The position numbers were made by a program, and so were the translations under genes. The notes beneath the pieces were generated by a model, which made no database searches, had not been told where the DNA came from, and saw nothing but the letters and a program-made list of their open reading frames with translations. From Eremomyces bilateralis CBS 781.70 (taxonomy: Eukaryota): a DNA stretch of 64,000 nt. Below, one piece after another: positions 1 through 12,744 of this stretch. How positions within the stretch are numbered: position 1 is the first letter of the stretch; every line of letters starts with the position of its first letter. The stretch lies in the NCBI GenBank assembly GCA_010015585.1, contig ML975169.1. One strand, 5' to 3'.

Positions 1-784
1 GTCCCTCAGCCGAGACTTTGGCTGGACTTCCCGCCGGCTTGATGCTTGTCGTCGTTTCTGACGAGGCGTGGTTCTGTGTAAGAGGGCGAATCGGGGCGAT
101 TGATGCTTCCCCAGGGAGCTTTATCGCAGTTCCCCGAGCCCCATCGTTGTCATGGCCACCGCGCAATGACCCAGCGTTCTTCTTCAACCGACCTTCATCC
201 GTCACCGATATACTCGGAAACAACCCCGCGTCCGGCGGTGGCTGATACAGTCCCGGCAAGATCGGAGCCAGTCGCTGCCGCCGAACACTTTTCTTCGGCT
301 GCGGGGGTTTGGGGAGTTCGAGCACTGCGGGATGCTGAGCATTTGACGGGTGGGCCTCGTTGGATACGGAGATCTTCCGTCGTTTCCTCGGGGCGTGCAC
401 CGAGGCATCTTCCGCGTTCAGAACGGAGTCCAGGGGTAGAGATGCTTTGGAGGATGTCGGCTTGGTTTGGTGTGAGAGGTGGGCAGCCTGTGCGGTGGAT
501 GGAGCGATGTCAAACGTGGGCGGTGTCTGAAAGGTTGTGTTCGAGGACGGAGGCTGCGTGATGGGTGCAAGTGGCAGGCGGGATTCATGACGAGAACCGA
601 CCCCAAAGGCGGTTTGGGCGATATTCGGGTCATGGTTGATGTGATGCGGCTGGACGGGAAGCGGGAGTGAGAGGGGATTGGCAGCGGATTGCGGGTTGAA
701 TATGGTGGATGGGAGGAGAATCTCGGCATTACCGCGCTCGATGAGCAACGGAGAGCCGACCAAGGCACTTATTCGGGGCTCCAT
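1..784 (-). CDS. 5' part of a probable Myb-like DNA-binding protein; runs off the left edge
   Basis: Hand translation from ATG 784 (MEPRISALVG...) stayed open as far as read. It includes PRKRRK (NLS-like) and LELPKPP...RLAPILPGLYQPPPDAGLFPSI, which I recall from fungal Myb-domain proteins. The Myb domain itself is not visible in the window. Confidence 0.55.
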   Translation of the reverse strand, partial: MEPRISALVGSPLLIERGNAEILLPSTIFNPQSAANPLSLPLPVQPHHINHDPNIAQTAFGVGSRHESRLPLAPITQPPSSNTTFQTPPTFDIAPSTAQAAHLSHQTKPTSSKASLPLDSVLNAEDASVHAPRKRRKISVSNEAHPSNAQHPAVLELPKPPQPKKSVRRQRLAPILPGLYQPPPDAGLFPSISVTDEGRLKKNAGSLRGGHDNDGARGTAIKLPGEASIAPIRPLTQNHASSETTTSIKPAGSPAKVSAEG

Positions 785-1327
785 GGGGACTGAGGAAGCC
801 CATGGTCGAAGAGCGCAGTGTTTTCGCGAGATGTAGAGTGTATGGAAAGTATGGTGCAGTCCAGGTTGTCGATCAGATTCAAGGCGATGGCGTCAACAGA
901 CATGAACGCGAGCTCGCGAGAGATTAGGTATGGGTGAGAGGACCAGCCTCGTTAGATGCTAAAAAGAGACAATATTATTATTCCATTGGTACAGTTTTCT
1001 ACAGACGAAGAACGAAACTAGAGAAATATTCCGACGATCGAGTCACGTGACGCCTTGACTGAAGCTTGCCCTGACAGCAGTCCTTCTTGCTCTTGAAGTC
1101 GAGGCATCCGCCTTCAGTCCCCAACGCCTGGGATATCCATATCCTGCGACATCAGGTACTGATGGTGCTCTCTGACTCCATAGGATGCAAGGACTAGCCA
1201 ACCGTAATCCTCAGACCGAGTTTCTCATGGATCATGCGATCTATTATCTACCACACCTTGCACCGAAATCTTGAGCGCGTTTTGAAGCAGTCCCCAACTT
1301 CTCCTGGAGTTGAAATTCGAGCGTGCT

Positions 1328-2166
1328 TTAAACCACCGAACTTCCATTGGCGTGGGCCGACTTGGTGGTCTTCGATGCGACACCGTTGCTCGCGCCGGTC
1401 GTCATTTGCACATCACCATACACCTTGTCCAGATAGGCCTGGTTGCCCTTGGAATCGGCCTTGATGCCCTCGGAACCCGGGTTCCAGTTTGCGGGACAGA
1501 CCTCTCCATATTTCTCGGCGAATTGGAAAGCGTCGATGAGTCGGAGGGTCTCGTCGACAGAGCGGCCAACGGGGAGATCGTTGATCGTGATCTAAAGGTT
1601 GTTAGTTAGGAATCCGGATCAAGTGGAGCCACAAGGTAAGGATGATTTGTTGTCCTGGGATATAACCCACCTGTCGAATGACTCCATTGGGGTCGATGAG
1701 GAAGAGGCCTCGCAGCGCAATGCCCTCCTCTTCGAGGAGCACACCGTAGTCCCTTGACAGCTTGTGGTTCTTGTCACTCAGCAACGGAAGGTTGACGTTT
1801 CCAAGACCACCGTCCTTTTTGGTGGCGTTGTTCCAGGCCAGGAGACTATATTCGCTATCGGTGCTAGCGAAGACCACGGATGTGTTTCGGGCTTGGAATT
1901 GGGGCATGTTGTCGCTGTATGCGATGATCTCGGTCGGGCAAACAAAAGTCCAGGCCATCGGGACAAACGCCAGGACGAGCCATTGCTTCGTGGACGTGTA
2001 GGTGGTCAGGCTGATCTCTGTATCAGGGCGGATGAGATTAGCTGGGTCATCGGAGGCGAGGACCGAAGTATGATCATGACCCACCTTCAAAAGTTCCGTC
2101 CACCACGGCGGTGCCCGCGAAGTGAGGGGCGGGCTTCTGGACGAAGGCTTTTCCGGAGGATGCCAT
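1328..2166 (-). CDS. TSA1: Typical 2-Cys peroxiredoxin (Tsa1/AhpC type), 3 exons: 2166-2085, 2017-1671, 1591-1328
   Basis: Peroxidatic [29 protein letters not shown] and resolving GEVCPANW motifs; GT-AG introns join the exons in frame. Confidence 0.93.
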
Positions 2167-2938
2167 GGCGAAAAGCGTAGTTGGAGAAGGATTAGGTGTT
2201 GAAGGGATTCCTAGGGGTTGGATAGAGGATTGATTCCACAATGGATGGAAATGGGAGAATCAGGGGAGTAGGACGGCAATTGAGTGCTCTAACAGATGGT
2301 GAAAGGGGTAATTAAGAGGAGAGAGAGTTTGCACGGAAGTAGATGTTGTAGGTACTTGTGGATGGAAGAGGCAACTTAAATGAGAGGTGAAGAAACAGCA
2401 GAAGATTATCAGATGGATCTGATCACTCAGCAATGTTCAATAAGCCTCATCTGGACCAGCCAGTATGATGAATCGAATATGGATACCTCCAACGAATCCG
2501 AAGCTAACTAATTCAGCTAAACCATTCAGCTAACTGATTCGGCCCCATCTGAATTGCAACATCTACCGTGATATTTCACCGTTTGGCCCAAGTCACACCA
2601 TCCCGAACGCCGCGTCTCCGTCTTCCGGCTTTCGGCCCTCGTCCCGATCAGCCACGTCATTCCGCCATTGGTGCGTTTCTAGGATATTTTCTATCACAGA
2701 TCACCATCTAGGAACGCTGCAGCTGAACCCTGGGTTTAATTTTTGCATGTGCTCGAATATCCTCGAAATATCGGAAATAATCGAATACCCCGGCAGCTCA
2801 GACCTGTCTTGCCATTATTGGTGGTTGTGTCGGAAGGTTCCGTTGGTAGCGGTTAGGAAGAGTTAAGAGCCTGGCAATCAACGACCCAAGTTACACCAAT
2901 CCGCAAGTTTTATATACGGATTACCAGTTGGACGAAAT

Positions 2939-3952
2939 ATGCAGTCATCGCGTATCCCACCCCTGCTCGATAGGGTATTGAGCATCCCGCATCAGGACTC
3001 TTTGATCCTCCTGACTTCGGTGCTGGGGGCGACGACAAATTGGCTCATCGTGCGATATCTCTACTCCTGTCTCGCCAGCCATCAGCCGTCTTTGTCCCGA
3101 CACAATCCAGGCGATGATCATCCGCCGTTGAAGGTGGTCCTGGTCACTTGGCTTCGGGATGCGGAATTCTGGAAGACGGAAGTCAAAAGAGCGGTTGTAA
3201 GTCTGTCATCCCCTGTGTTGGACGACATTGTAGTAACAAGCTTGCAGGGAATTGATCTTGCGAGGCTGGCCGTTCAGGGACGATTCGCGTTTATTGATGC
3301 GATAACAGCGGTTGCGTACCAGCCACGCCCTTTGGGAACGTCACTGGTAGCATCATCTAAAGGAAAATCCCATTTTCTATCTTCACCGGATCCCAATCAC
3401 CTTGAAGAAGTCGTCCTGGCGGCACTAGGCCCGGAGAAGCCCTCCAAGGATGACAACCAAGGCGGCAACGTCGTCCTGATCCTGGATGCCCCCGACTTTC
3501 TCCTCGCGGCATCAGATCCGGGGGCGGACGGTCGGATGGACCTTAAGCTCCTCCAGGCCATCCATCGCATTCGACAGCATCCCTCCATCCGCTCCACGAT
3601 CGTGGCAGCCCAGACCGACTCGCCTTTGATGGTTGCGCCCAACCATACCACCCACACTCTCACCAACCTTGCAGGCCAGAACGCATCGCCATTGGAGATC
3701 GCTCACACCTCGTTCCTTACCCAGCTCGCGCAGCTCGCGTCGATTCGAATCAGTCTTCGGATGCTCGATACTGGCGCGGCGGGGGACGTGAGTGGTGTGG
3801 GTCGCGTCACTTACGGCAAGCCATTCACTGCAGACACCGCAGGGCAGGAAGATGGTGTTGCGCATCCGGAAGCGTCTGAGTGGCTGTACTTCGTTGCGGT
3901 GGACGGTTCTGCAAAGGCCTGGGAAAGGGGATCTGGAACCTCAGTCGGGTAA
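2939..3952 (+). CDS. ELP6: Elongator complex subunit 6-like protein; probable 51-nt intron 3197-3247
   Basis: LILLTSVLGATTNWLIVRYL, VVLVTWLRDAEFWK, LILDAPDFLLAA, LRMLDTGAAGDVSG and EWLYFVAVDGSAKAWERG match fungal Elp6. The intron reads GTAAGT...GTAAC...TTGCAG. Confidence 0.85.
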   Translation: MQSSRIPPLLDRVLSIPHQDSLILLTSVLGATTNWLIVRYLYSCLASHQPSLSRHNPGDDHPPLKVVLVTWLRDAEFWKTEVKRAVVSLSSPVLDDIVVTSLQGIDLARLAVQGRFAFIDAITAVAYQPRPLGTSLVASSKGKSHFLSSPDPNHLEEVVLAALGPEKPSKDDNQGGNVVLILDAPDFLLAASDPGADGRMDLKLLQAIHRIRQHPSIRSTIVAAQTDSPLMVAPNHTTHTLTNLAGQNASPLEIAHTSFLTQLAQLASIRISLRMLDTGAAGDVSGVGRVTYGKPFTADTAGQEDGVAHPEASEWLYFVAVDGSAKAWERGSGTSVG

Positions 3953-4135
3953 TACTGCAGCAGACTCCGAAGGGTGTGGCACGTGGTATTACCATTCCCG
4001 TTGGGAAGCGTCTTGAATTGAACGACTGCGCATTCATCGTGCCGACAAGTGAGTCGCCCCTTCTACTTCAAAGACTAGAGCTATCGAGACTGACACCGTA
4101 GCGGGCAACAGTATCTCCAAGCTTGAAGAAGTCCA

Positions 4136-5107
4136 TTAAGCCCATCCTATCCTGAGTAATCGCTCGATCATCTTGTCAGCCGTTGCCGACCTGAGATCAC
4201 ACCTGACCGCTCTACCGACGTTGTATCGTACGGGAGCCGGGATATCGCTCGCCATTCTAGGTTCATGAACAATAGCATCCTGGACCAAACCGTCATCCGT
4301 GATGTCAGCCGTCCCCGTGGATCCATCTTCCCATTCGATATCGATTGTGTGGCCCCGGTTTCCACTCGAGACGTTGGTGATGCGGACTCGTCGCTCCTCA
4401 TCCTCGGTTTCGACCGCGTGGGCTTCCTCGGCGTCTCGAGCGAGCTTCTTCACGAGATTGAGTTTGTTTTGGCGGACTATCAGCGCGGCTCGAATGTCAT
4501 CGCCCAGCTTCTTGATGCCATGATTGGGGACGTGCATCGTCTCGAGCCACTGGAATTCGATATCCTGGACCCCGATGCTCTCGGGTAGTGTGTGTTTATG
4601 GATACGGTAGTAATTTGGGTGCCCTCTCGGGTCGGGTCGGTGGAGGAAGACGTAGTATGGGTCGGGAAACCGGGCTTCCTCTGTATATTGTCAGCACATA
4701 GGGCCGGCAAATGGGACGATAAGAAGTACCATTATCGAATATATCGATCCGCAACCCGAGAACAACACCATCGTCCACCGCGTTGGGATCGGGATCGTGG
4801 ACATTGAAGGGCGTAACTCCGACACCGGCGTAATAGACGTTCTCCGTATTGATTCGTTGCTGCTTATCGGCCTGCTCCAACGCCTTGCTTACACGGGCTT
4901 TGGATTTCGCATTCCGAAGAGTAGATGTGGCCCGAGTCAGTCTCGGGACGGTACTGTTGTCGGATAGGATGACGGTTCGGAGTAACGAGCGGCGCTTCCT
5001 CAGGCGTTCAACTGGAGGCATATGTGAGCGACATTCGTGAATAGAGAAACCAATGACATACTTTCGGCCCGAAGGTTTCGAATATCGGATTCGGCGGTGG
5101 TTGCCAT
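4136..5107 (-). CDS. CENP-O/Mcm21-family kinetochore protein, 3 exons: 5107-5062, 5011-4730, 4680-4136
   Basis: FNVHDPDPNAVDDGVVLGLRIDI and PYYVFLHRP...YRIHKHTLP match fungal Cenp-O proteins; the two introns splice in frame. Confidence 0.8.
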
Positions 5108-5667
5108 GATTGTCGATGTTCTAGTACGATATGACGTGGGATTGATACGAGATGGAAAACGCTCCCTCTGCCTGTTTAGTGTTTACACAATTCCTAAATC
5201 GGCTTCCACGCGTTGTGTCGCGTTGAGGGGAAAGAGGCGCCTAATCACGTGCCGACAATCCTAGTAAGGACTAAGGAACCAAGGAAAGTGCATTAGCGAG
5301 CTAACGTTCATGCCTGAAACTGAGACTTGGCGCCTTGTTGCCTTTTATGCAACAAGGAAGCCATTCCTGGCATCGATGGAGAAAGGAAATCCAATTCAAT
5401 TCATCTGTAATACGGATTATCTCCTGATATATACATTCCCAGCCGATCTAACGGGCAATTATTATGCAAGATGATGGCAATTCCATCCAATGTGGGATAT
5501 AATTCCGATATTTGATACCTAACCATCCATAAGGCGTCGAGACGCTAGTCGTAGCTTCAAGCTATAGCAATTAATCGCCTCAACCTCCAAAAGGACAGCT
5601 CATCGACAAATATATCACAATCGGTTTTATCCCTCCGATACCTTGATCACCATCACTTGCCACATGG

Positions 5668-7835
5668 ATGCCTGCCCCGCTCGGCGATACTATCCCTCTA
5701 TCTTCCAACCCCTTGGTTTCATCCCCCGATCCCTTCGAACTTCCTCTCTATCGCCCGCGGAGCCTTAGTCGACCACATCGCCCTCCCGATCTCCAGCTAT
5801 CGCGTCTTGATACTCCGGAGACAAGGCGCTCCCAACCCAAAGCCAAAAACTCCCACCCCCCTCCAAACGCCTCGAACTCCTCTATCGGGCTTCTCGACCC
5901 CACTGCATTCTCTCCCTCGTCTCCCTCTTCCCCCGCCGCCTCCCCGCCAATGCCCCCCAAACGCCGTCCCCGGAATCAGAACGGCTCCGTATTCACTGAC
6001 CCGACCGATCTGCCGACCGACGGCGGCCCCAAAGGCCACGCGACGGGCGCCATGGCATCCTCTCTGCGCGAACAGCGTCGCAAACACGTCGTCCTCGATT
6101 CCCCCACCTCGTCGTCGCAGGCCACCCATCTGATGAGCCAGTCAAGTTTCAGCCTGGATCATGGGGTACCTGAATTTGGCCATCGGCGGTCGTTTAGCGC
6201 TGCCAGTGTGGGTTTTCATATGGATGATGGAGACGGCAGCGGCTCGAAGGGCTTTTCGGAGCTGCCCCGCAAGGACAAGCGGAATTTCCTCTTATTAGTC
6301 CTCCTATATTTCCTCCAGGGCGTACCCATGGGATTAGCGAGCGGAAGCGTGCCATTTCTATTGAAGTCGCACGTGGGATACTCGGAGATGGGCGTGTTCT
6401 CCTTGGCGAGCTACCCATACTCCTTGAAGCTGTTATGGAGCCCAATTGTAGATGCGATTTGGAGTAGGAAGTTAGGAAGACGGAAGAGCTGGATCTTGCC
6501 GATACAGACGATCAGCGGGCTGGGGATGCTCTGGCTCGGGGCAAGAGCAGAGGCGATGATGGACGCGGCCGGAATGGATGGCGGAGCGGGGATCTGGGGC
6601 TTTACTTCGTGGTGGTTCATGCTGGTCTTCATGTGTGCCACGCAAGACATTGCTGTCGACGGTAGGTTGAGTGCCATTGAAAACAAGACCGTTACTGACC
6701 GGTGCAGGTTGGGCCCTGACGTTGCTATCAACGGAGAACCTGTCGTATGCCTCCACAGCCCAAACGGTCGGCCTTACAGCAGGCTCGTTCCTGTCGTCCA
6801 CCGTGTTCCTCGCGTTCAGTTCCAAGGACTTTGCGAACAAATGGTTCCGCACCATCCCTGGAGATACAGGTCTCATTACTCTCGGAGGCGCACTCACCGT
6901 GTCCGGCTGGCTCTACCTTCTCGTGACCGTCGGCCTGGCTGCCATGAAGCGCGAAGAGTACACCAAGAACTCGGACGGGGTCTGGGACGTGTACAAAATC
7001 ATGGGCGGGATCTTGAAGCTCAAGAACATCCAGACCCTCCTCATCGTGCACCTGATCGCGAAGATCGGCTTCCAAGCCAACGACGCGGTCACCAGCCTGA
7101 AGCTGCTCGACAAGGGGCTGAAGCAGGAAGAATTGGCCTTGACCGTGTTGATCGACTTCCCCTTCGAAATCTTCCTCGGGTACTACGTCGGGAAATGGTC
7201 GCAAACAATCCCGCCCATGAAACTCTGGTGCTGGGGTTTCGTGGGCCGGCTCATCGCCGCCGGCATCGCGCAGACCGTCGTCATGTTCTTCCCCAGCGCT
7301 GGCGTCAACACCCCATACTTCCTCGGCGTGATCTTCCAACATGTCCTCTCCACCTTCATGAACACGGTCATGTTCGTCGCCGTCTCCGCATTCCACGCCC
7401 GGATCGCGGACCCCGTCATCGGCGGCACCTACATGACCCTTCTCGCCACGTAAGTCCACTGACATCCCATATAACGACAATCACTAACCCTTCGCCAGCG
7501 TCACCAACCTCGGCGGCACCTTCCCCCGCTTCTTCATCCTCAAATTCGTCGACATGTTCACCGTCGCGTCCTGCATCCCGCCCACCACCCCGCTCCCTCC
7601 CGACGCTCTCAAAGGGGACCCCATCACCGCCGCGTTTTCCTGCGTCGCCGAGCCGGAGAAGCAGCGGTGCGCGGCCGGCGGTGGCACCTGTAACATCAGC
7701 ACGGACGGATACTATATCGTGAATGTTTTGTGTATCATCATCGGCGTCGTGACTTTTTGGGGGTTTATCAAGCCAGCCGTGCTGAAGCTGCAGGCCTTGC
7801 CGATGAAGGCGTGGAGATTGAGCGATGGGAGCTAG
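5668..7835 (+). CDS. Acetyl-CoA transporter (Acatn/SLC33A1-like MFS), exons 5668-6661, 6709-7449, 7499-7835
   Basis: LLYFLQGVPMGL, YPYSLKLLWSPIVD, GRRKSW, ATQDIAVDGW, IADPVIGGTYMTLL and DGYY motifs; many hydrophobic segments; canonical introns. Confidence 0.93.
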
Positions 7836-8187
7836 GACAACATTTTAAGAGATCTCTAAATATAGAAAGGCATTTTAATATTGTGGGACGGTGCGCCGAT
7901 GTATCGCTGTCTGTGTTCCTCCGATCCTCTGATTGTGCTCCATGCTCCACGTAACCTTCTCCGTACCCTTTGGGTCGTCATTCTCTCTGTCGTCTGCCAT
8001 GAATGGCCGAGATAGCAACCGCTACTCGCCATGATTGCCCTTCTCTCTGTCATCTACCATGAATGGTCGAGTCAGCAATTGCTGTTGTTCATGGTTGTCT
8101 TTCTCAATCCTCCACCGTCGACCTCACTGAGGTTTGGCTGTTTTTCGGGTGTTTTTTTTCTTCTGTGAACCTCTACCTTGCTCATAT

Positions 8188-8813
8188 CTATTCCTTGCCA
8201 AGCTGTCGAAGGATTTTTGTGACGGACTGGCACTCACGGTCGACTCTGAATGGACCACCGTCGGCAAGGGGGTCAAGCGTCCAGGACTCCCGATTCCACT
8301 CGTAGAATCGAACCTCTCTCCCACAGCATGCCATTGCGAATTTAACAGATGCAAGATAGTCGTCCTCGGCCTTCGATGAAATAATCGTGCGGAGCAATTC
8401 CTCCTTCTCTTCCCAGTGTACTGCCTGAACCGGACTTTTTATGTATTCGTAATCGAAAACAAGCCAGTGCGTCACTCCCGTCTCCTTGCGATACATATAC
8501 CACCAAGTAACTGGCATATATAGCCCTGGGTTTCCTGGCCAGCGGCACAGTGGAGGTATCAGGTGGCAGTCCATCGCCACAAGGTAGCGGGCTACGATCG
8601 AACTCCATACTTCGTTGCCATGAATAGAGGCAAATGGCTCGTACTCGTGCTCGTCATCCAGTTGGGAAATCTTGGCTCTAATGTGCGGTATCGCCATATA
8701 CTTGATAGGTGAGCTGAGGAAACTGTGGTTAGGTGCATGATACTTACAGTGCCTTCGATAGGTTCCTGTTCTAGGCGTTGGAGGATCGACTCATTGGCTG
8801 TTTGTGGTGTCAT
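8188..8813 (-). CDS. Hypothetical protein, exons 8813-8748 and 8700-8188
   Basis: A 22-codon exon splices in frame (GTAAGT...CTCAC...CAAG) to the 169-aa ORF. The C-terminal FAMACCGREVRFYEW resembles a family of small fungal proteins with a possible restriction-endonuclease-like fold. Confidence 0.55.
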
Positions 8814-11625
8814 TGCTGATATCCACTGAATGCTCTTGGGATGGCCGCCTGGTTCTGAAGCTGTGGAATTGCAGGGCTAGGATATGTGTGCGGCGAGGAT
8901 ATGTGTGTGGCGTGGAGAAGTGAACAGCACCAAATTCGTACTTAAGCCTCTCTGCTGTTGCGGATCGGTTTCCTTCTTCCTTAACTCAAGTAGCTGCTCT
9001 ACCTGCTCAACTGGTGTTGTGTGTGAGGAAAATTGTAGTGATACGTTGGGGAGAGAAGTTACTTGTGTTGCAACCTGGAGGCCTCTGTGTAGGATGTGAA
9101 GAAATTTTGACACATGTCAACTTGCCCGGAATCACGCGACTTTGTTTTATATCTTGGAGTTTGAAGACTGGGTATTCCTTAGTTTCTAAAATCAAGATAC
9201 TGAAATGGATTGCTTTTCGGGTTTCTTGCTAGACTCTAATATCCCAGCCCTATCAAAATGCACTGAATTGACTGAAATAGGTCGTGGCCCATTGAAGCCT
9301 TTGCTGGGCAATCAAGAGCCTTCTATATAACCATAATTGATATTGCTCCTGATATAATCCCAGGATTTTGAATTGGTATAGGCTGAGCTATAGGTTATCT
9401 AAACTGAGAATCTGCGTTCATTTTCAATCATTTGCCCCTTCACCTGGCGAAACGTCCACGCAAGCAAGTCCTTCCACTCTCCAATATCACTAAGTACTGT
9501 AATCGTAGGCATATAAGAAAGTCTGCCATGGTAATTGCTCTAACAAAAAGCAAATTTAATTATCACCAACAATCCACTGCCGGATCCGGACAGCGTCCTT
9601 CACTTCAGTGCTCAGGCCCGTTCTCTTAAACCTGCCTAGATGTTTCTTTCCACACATTGACAACTCCCGCCGTAAAATTCCGGCCCGTTGAAAATATTCT
9701 CTTCGATCTATAAAATTCTGACTCGATGAATTGAAAATATTCTCCAATCCCAAACCCTAAAGCTTTCATTCACAATGCCAAATTAAGCACGCTGCGGGAC
9801 GGGCCGTGCGATGGGAGAAAGAGTGTCGCATTCATAAGCCTCCCGTTCTCTTTTCCGTTACCGTCCACACATTGTTACAATTCTGACCTTGCTAGTGTTC
9901 CACAAATCCTATTATTGTAGCACCATCGGACTCTCTGGGATCGGGGCTCACGATATTGGCCATTATTATCGTATCTCAGTCGATCCAACAGCGCACTGTG
10001 AAGACGAACACCTATCGGAGGATTGCTTCGAAGATTCCGTGCCATTCGAAGCCAATGACCGCATTATCAACGACACAAGATCTGTTCAAGGGTTTTCCTA
10101 CTAGATCCCCTTCCACGCTTCATGTTAGACGCTCCTTGTGGAGGTGCAGGGTTCGAAGACGCTAGATCTCCGTCAGATATATCTGACCTATTCCCGATAT
10201 CGTTTGCCACCACATGCAACCATCGTGGCCCTGAATTGGGTCTCTGGCTGAGCGATCCTTACCATATGGGGCGTGTCCTCAGTGGAAGGGTGACGAATTC
10301 GGATGCGGTAATTTTAACTTTGGGTCCATCGAGTCCATCGGACAGGATCAATCAAAGTGTACAGGGGTTGAAATATTCCGTAATGGTCGATTGGATCATC
10401 CAGGCGAAGAGATCGAAAGTCACGTTATTACTTCTCCTTGATCGGATGCAAAGGTTCCACTGAGGCGGTTCCCTCCCGAGATCATGCGAATGATCGTGGA
10501 ATCGATGCCTTCCTTGGACGTGGTGAGTCTCAAAGGAGCATGAAAATATGTTGCGGCCCTCCCACTAGACTATTCGTTCTGGGCTTCCCGCTTTTCCACC
10601 GAGTTGGAATACGACTGCATCTTCAAAGTCCGGAACGTCAGGCCAGACACGCTCAACTGGAAAGCGCTAATTATACCACAGCTTGAAAGATGCACCCGGA
10701 TCCCTTCCCATTCGGAACCCGAAGCGTGTCTGGCACAATTATCTGCAAGAATTTGTGCATGCTTGTGGACAATGCTGCTTTGAAGTGCCATGGAGAACAG
10801 CTAATTAGAAACCTCGAACGAACCGCTTTTGAAGATCTATCAGAGTGGACCACAGGTGTTCGATTCCAGCGCCGTTGTGATCGTAGTTCCATGAGGCCCG
10901 GGGTTCTTAGGCGCTGATCTGTGTTTCTCGAGGGCCATAATGATAGAGAACAAAACTTGGGAGGAAAGGGACACGTCGAGCCGCTGGACTATTAGAGCGA
11001 TTATGTTTGGTGTGCAATTGTCTTTGTGCAGAAGATCTCTCTGGTGTGGAAAAGAATGATGGTCGTTCATATTTGACATGTTCCTGAGTTCCTCCATCTA
11101 GCCTGCCTCCAGAGGTAAGTGATGGACGATGAAAGGAAAGAAAGTTTGAGAGGTCTTGACGCCCTGGAGCTTTGGGGCCATACATTGCTTTCCCCCTACA
11201 TGGGCTAGGGCAAAAGTTTATATCAGCGTCATCTGTTTCCGAGTAGCACGAGTTTTCTGTAAGAGAAATAAAGTTAGAGTAGTTCTGTACAATCCACGAA
11301 AACTGCTGTGCATGTGGGTATCGTAGTCGCCATTTGCTACAGGATCTTATCTGAGAACAAAGATCATGCTTCTAAAATACCATCGGTAGTAATAATGAAT
11401 ACTACAGGCAGTAGTGGTGTTGATCCCGAGATTGGAGGTGTTAGTATCACTGAGATCTACGCCGTAGAATCCATCACCTGTATCAACCGAGGACAAGGCC
11501 AACAAGGTGAACAGTCCTCACTCACTCCATTCATAAAGAAAGGAATTGTTAAACCGAATTACCGATATTTGATCTTTTCATCAACCTCGACATTCTAACC
11601 ATCATAATCCATCGAAATTGGCAAC

Positions 11626-12744
11626 ATGACTGGCGGAAATCTTGCGAGTATTCAAGTGGCGGAACAGGACTACTTCGCCATCAATCCTGCCCCAACGTCA
11701 CTTCAATCCCATCTCACCATAGCCCGGGAGTTCATCACCCGACATGCAGAAGGGGGCCGTAATGTGGTGTTAGTTACCTCCGGTGGTACAACGGTTCCCT
11801 TAGAAAATCAAACTGTTCGCTACATCGACAATTTCTCGGCGGGAACCCGAGGCGCTTGCAGCGCGGAATATTTCCTCGAGGCAGGATATGCCGTCATATT
11901 CTTGCACCGGCAGTTCTCGCTTCTACCATATTCGCGACACTACTCGCATAATACCCGGTCTTTCCTTGACTATATGGGAGAAGAAGATGGAAAAGTGGTC
12001 GTCGAGGACGAGCACCAAGAGGATATGCTGCGGGTGCTCCGGAGTTACACCGCGGCGAAAAAAAAGAACCAACTTCTCATCCTTTCCTTCGTCACGATCA
12101 CGGAGTATCTATGGGAGCTACGAGAGGTCGCAAAATTGATGCGACCGCTTGGTCCTCGAGCGATTTTCTACCTTGCCGCTGCGGTTTCCGACTTCTTCGT
12201 GCCGAAAGATCAGATGGTTGAGCACAAGATCCAGTCCTCAGAAGCATTCAGCAAAAGACTCGACGATCCGAACGCGAAGGCTCCTGCAGCACGGACAGAC
12301 GGGAGTAAACTCGTCATCGACCTGGAACCGGTGCCGAAGTTTTTGAAACAGCTTGTGGATGGCTGGGCACCGGATGCCATGATCGTGAGCTTCAAACTGG
12401 AGACAGACCCAAAGATTCTCATCAACAAGGCGAGATACTCTTTAGAGAAGTATCAGCACCACCTCGTCATCGGCAACCTTCTCACCACCCGAAAATGGGA
12501 GGTGGTCTTCGTTACCGCCGGCGGGGAGCGGTGGGTTAGAGTCCCGCCTCGTCGCCGAACGAAGAGCGTTTCAGGCGTCGCAAGTTTAATCGGCAAGTCC
12601 GAGGAAAAGGATGGGGATTCCAGCACAGATGACGATCAAGCGGTGGAGGAAGTCATGGAAGGGGAACCACCGGTTGAAATCGAAAGCTTGATTATCCCAG
12701 CCGTCGCGGAGATACATAAGGGACTGCTTGCCAATGGAAAATAA
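11626..12744 (+). CDS. CAB2: Phosphopantothenate--cysteine ligase (CoA biosynthesis)
   Basis: VLVTSGGTTVPLE, VRYIDNFSAGTRGA, YLAAAVSDF, VSFKLETD and VIGNLLTTRK motifs in a 372-aa intronless ORF. Confidence 0.95.
   Translation: MTGGNLASIQVAEQDYFAINPAPTSLQSHLTIAREFITRHAEGGRNVVLVTSGGTTVPLENQTVRYIDNFSAGTRGACSAEYFLEAGYAVIFLHRQFSLLPYSRHYSHNTRSFLDYMGEEDGKVVVEDEHQEDMLRVLRSYTAAKKKNQLLILSFVTITEYLWELREVAKLMRPLGPRAIFYLAAAVSDFFVPKDQMVEHKIQSSEAFSKRLDDPNAKAPAARTDGSKLVIDLEPVPKFLKQLVDGWAPDAMIVSFKLETDPKILINKARYSLEKYQHHLVIGNLLTTRKWEVVFVTAGGERWVRVPPRRRTKSVSGVASLIGKSEEKDGDSSTDDDQAVEEVMEGEPPVEIESLIIPAVAEIHKGLLANGK

Noticed and set aside
6662..7722. Arg/Pro-rich C-terminal half of the 684-aa ORF
   Set aside because: Artefact of reading through an intron; the transporter continues in another frame.
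5668..12744. CoA-themed cluster (acetyl-CoA transporter plus CAB2)
   Set aside because: Only two housekeeping genes, separated by unrelated DNA; no evidence of co-regulation.
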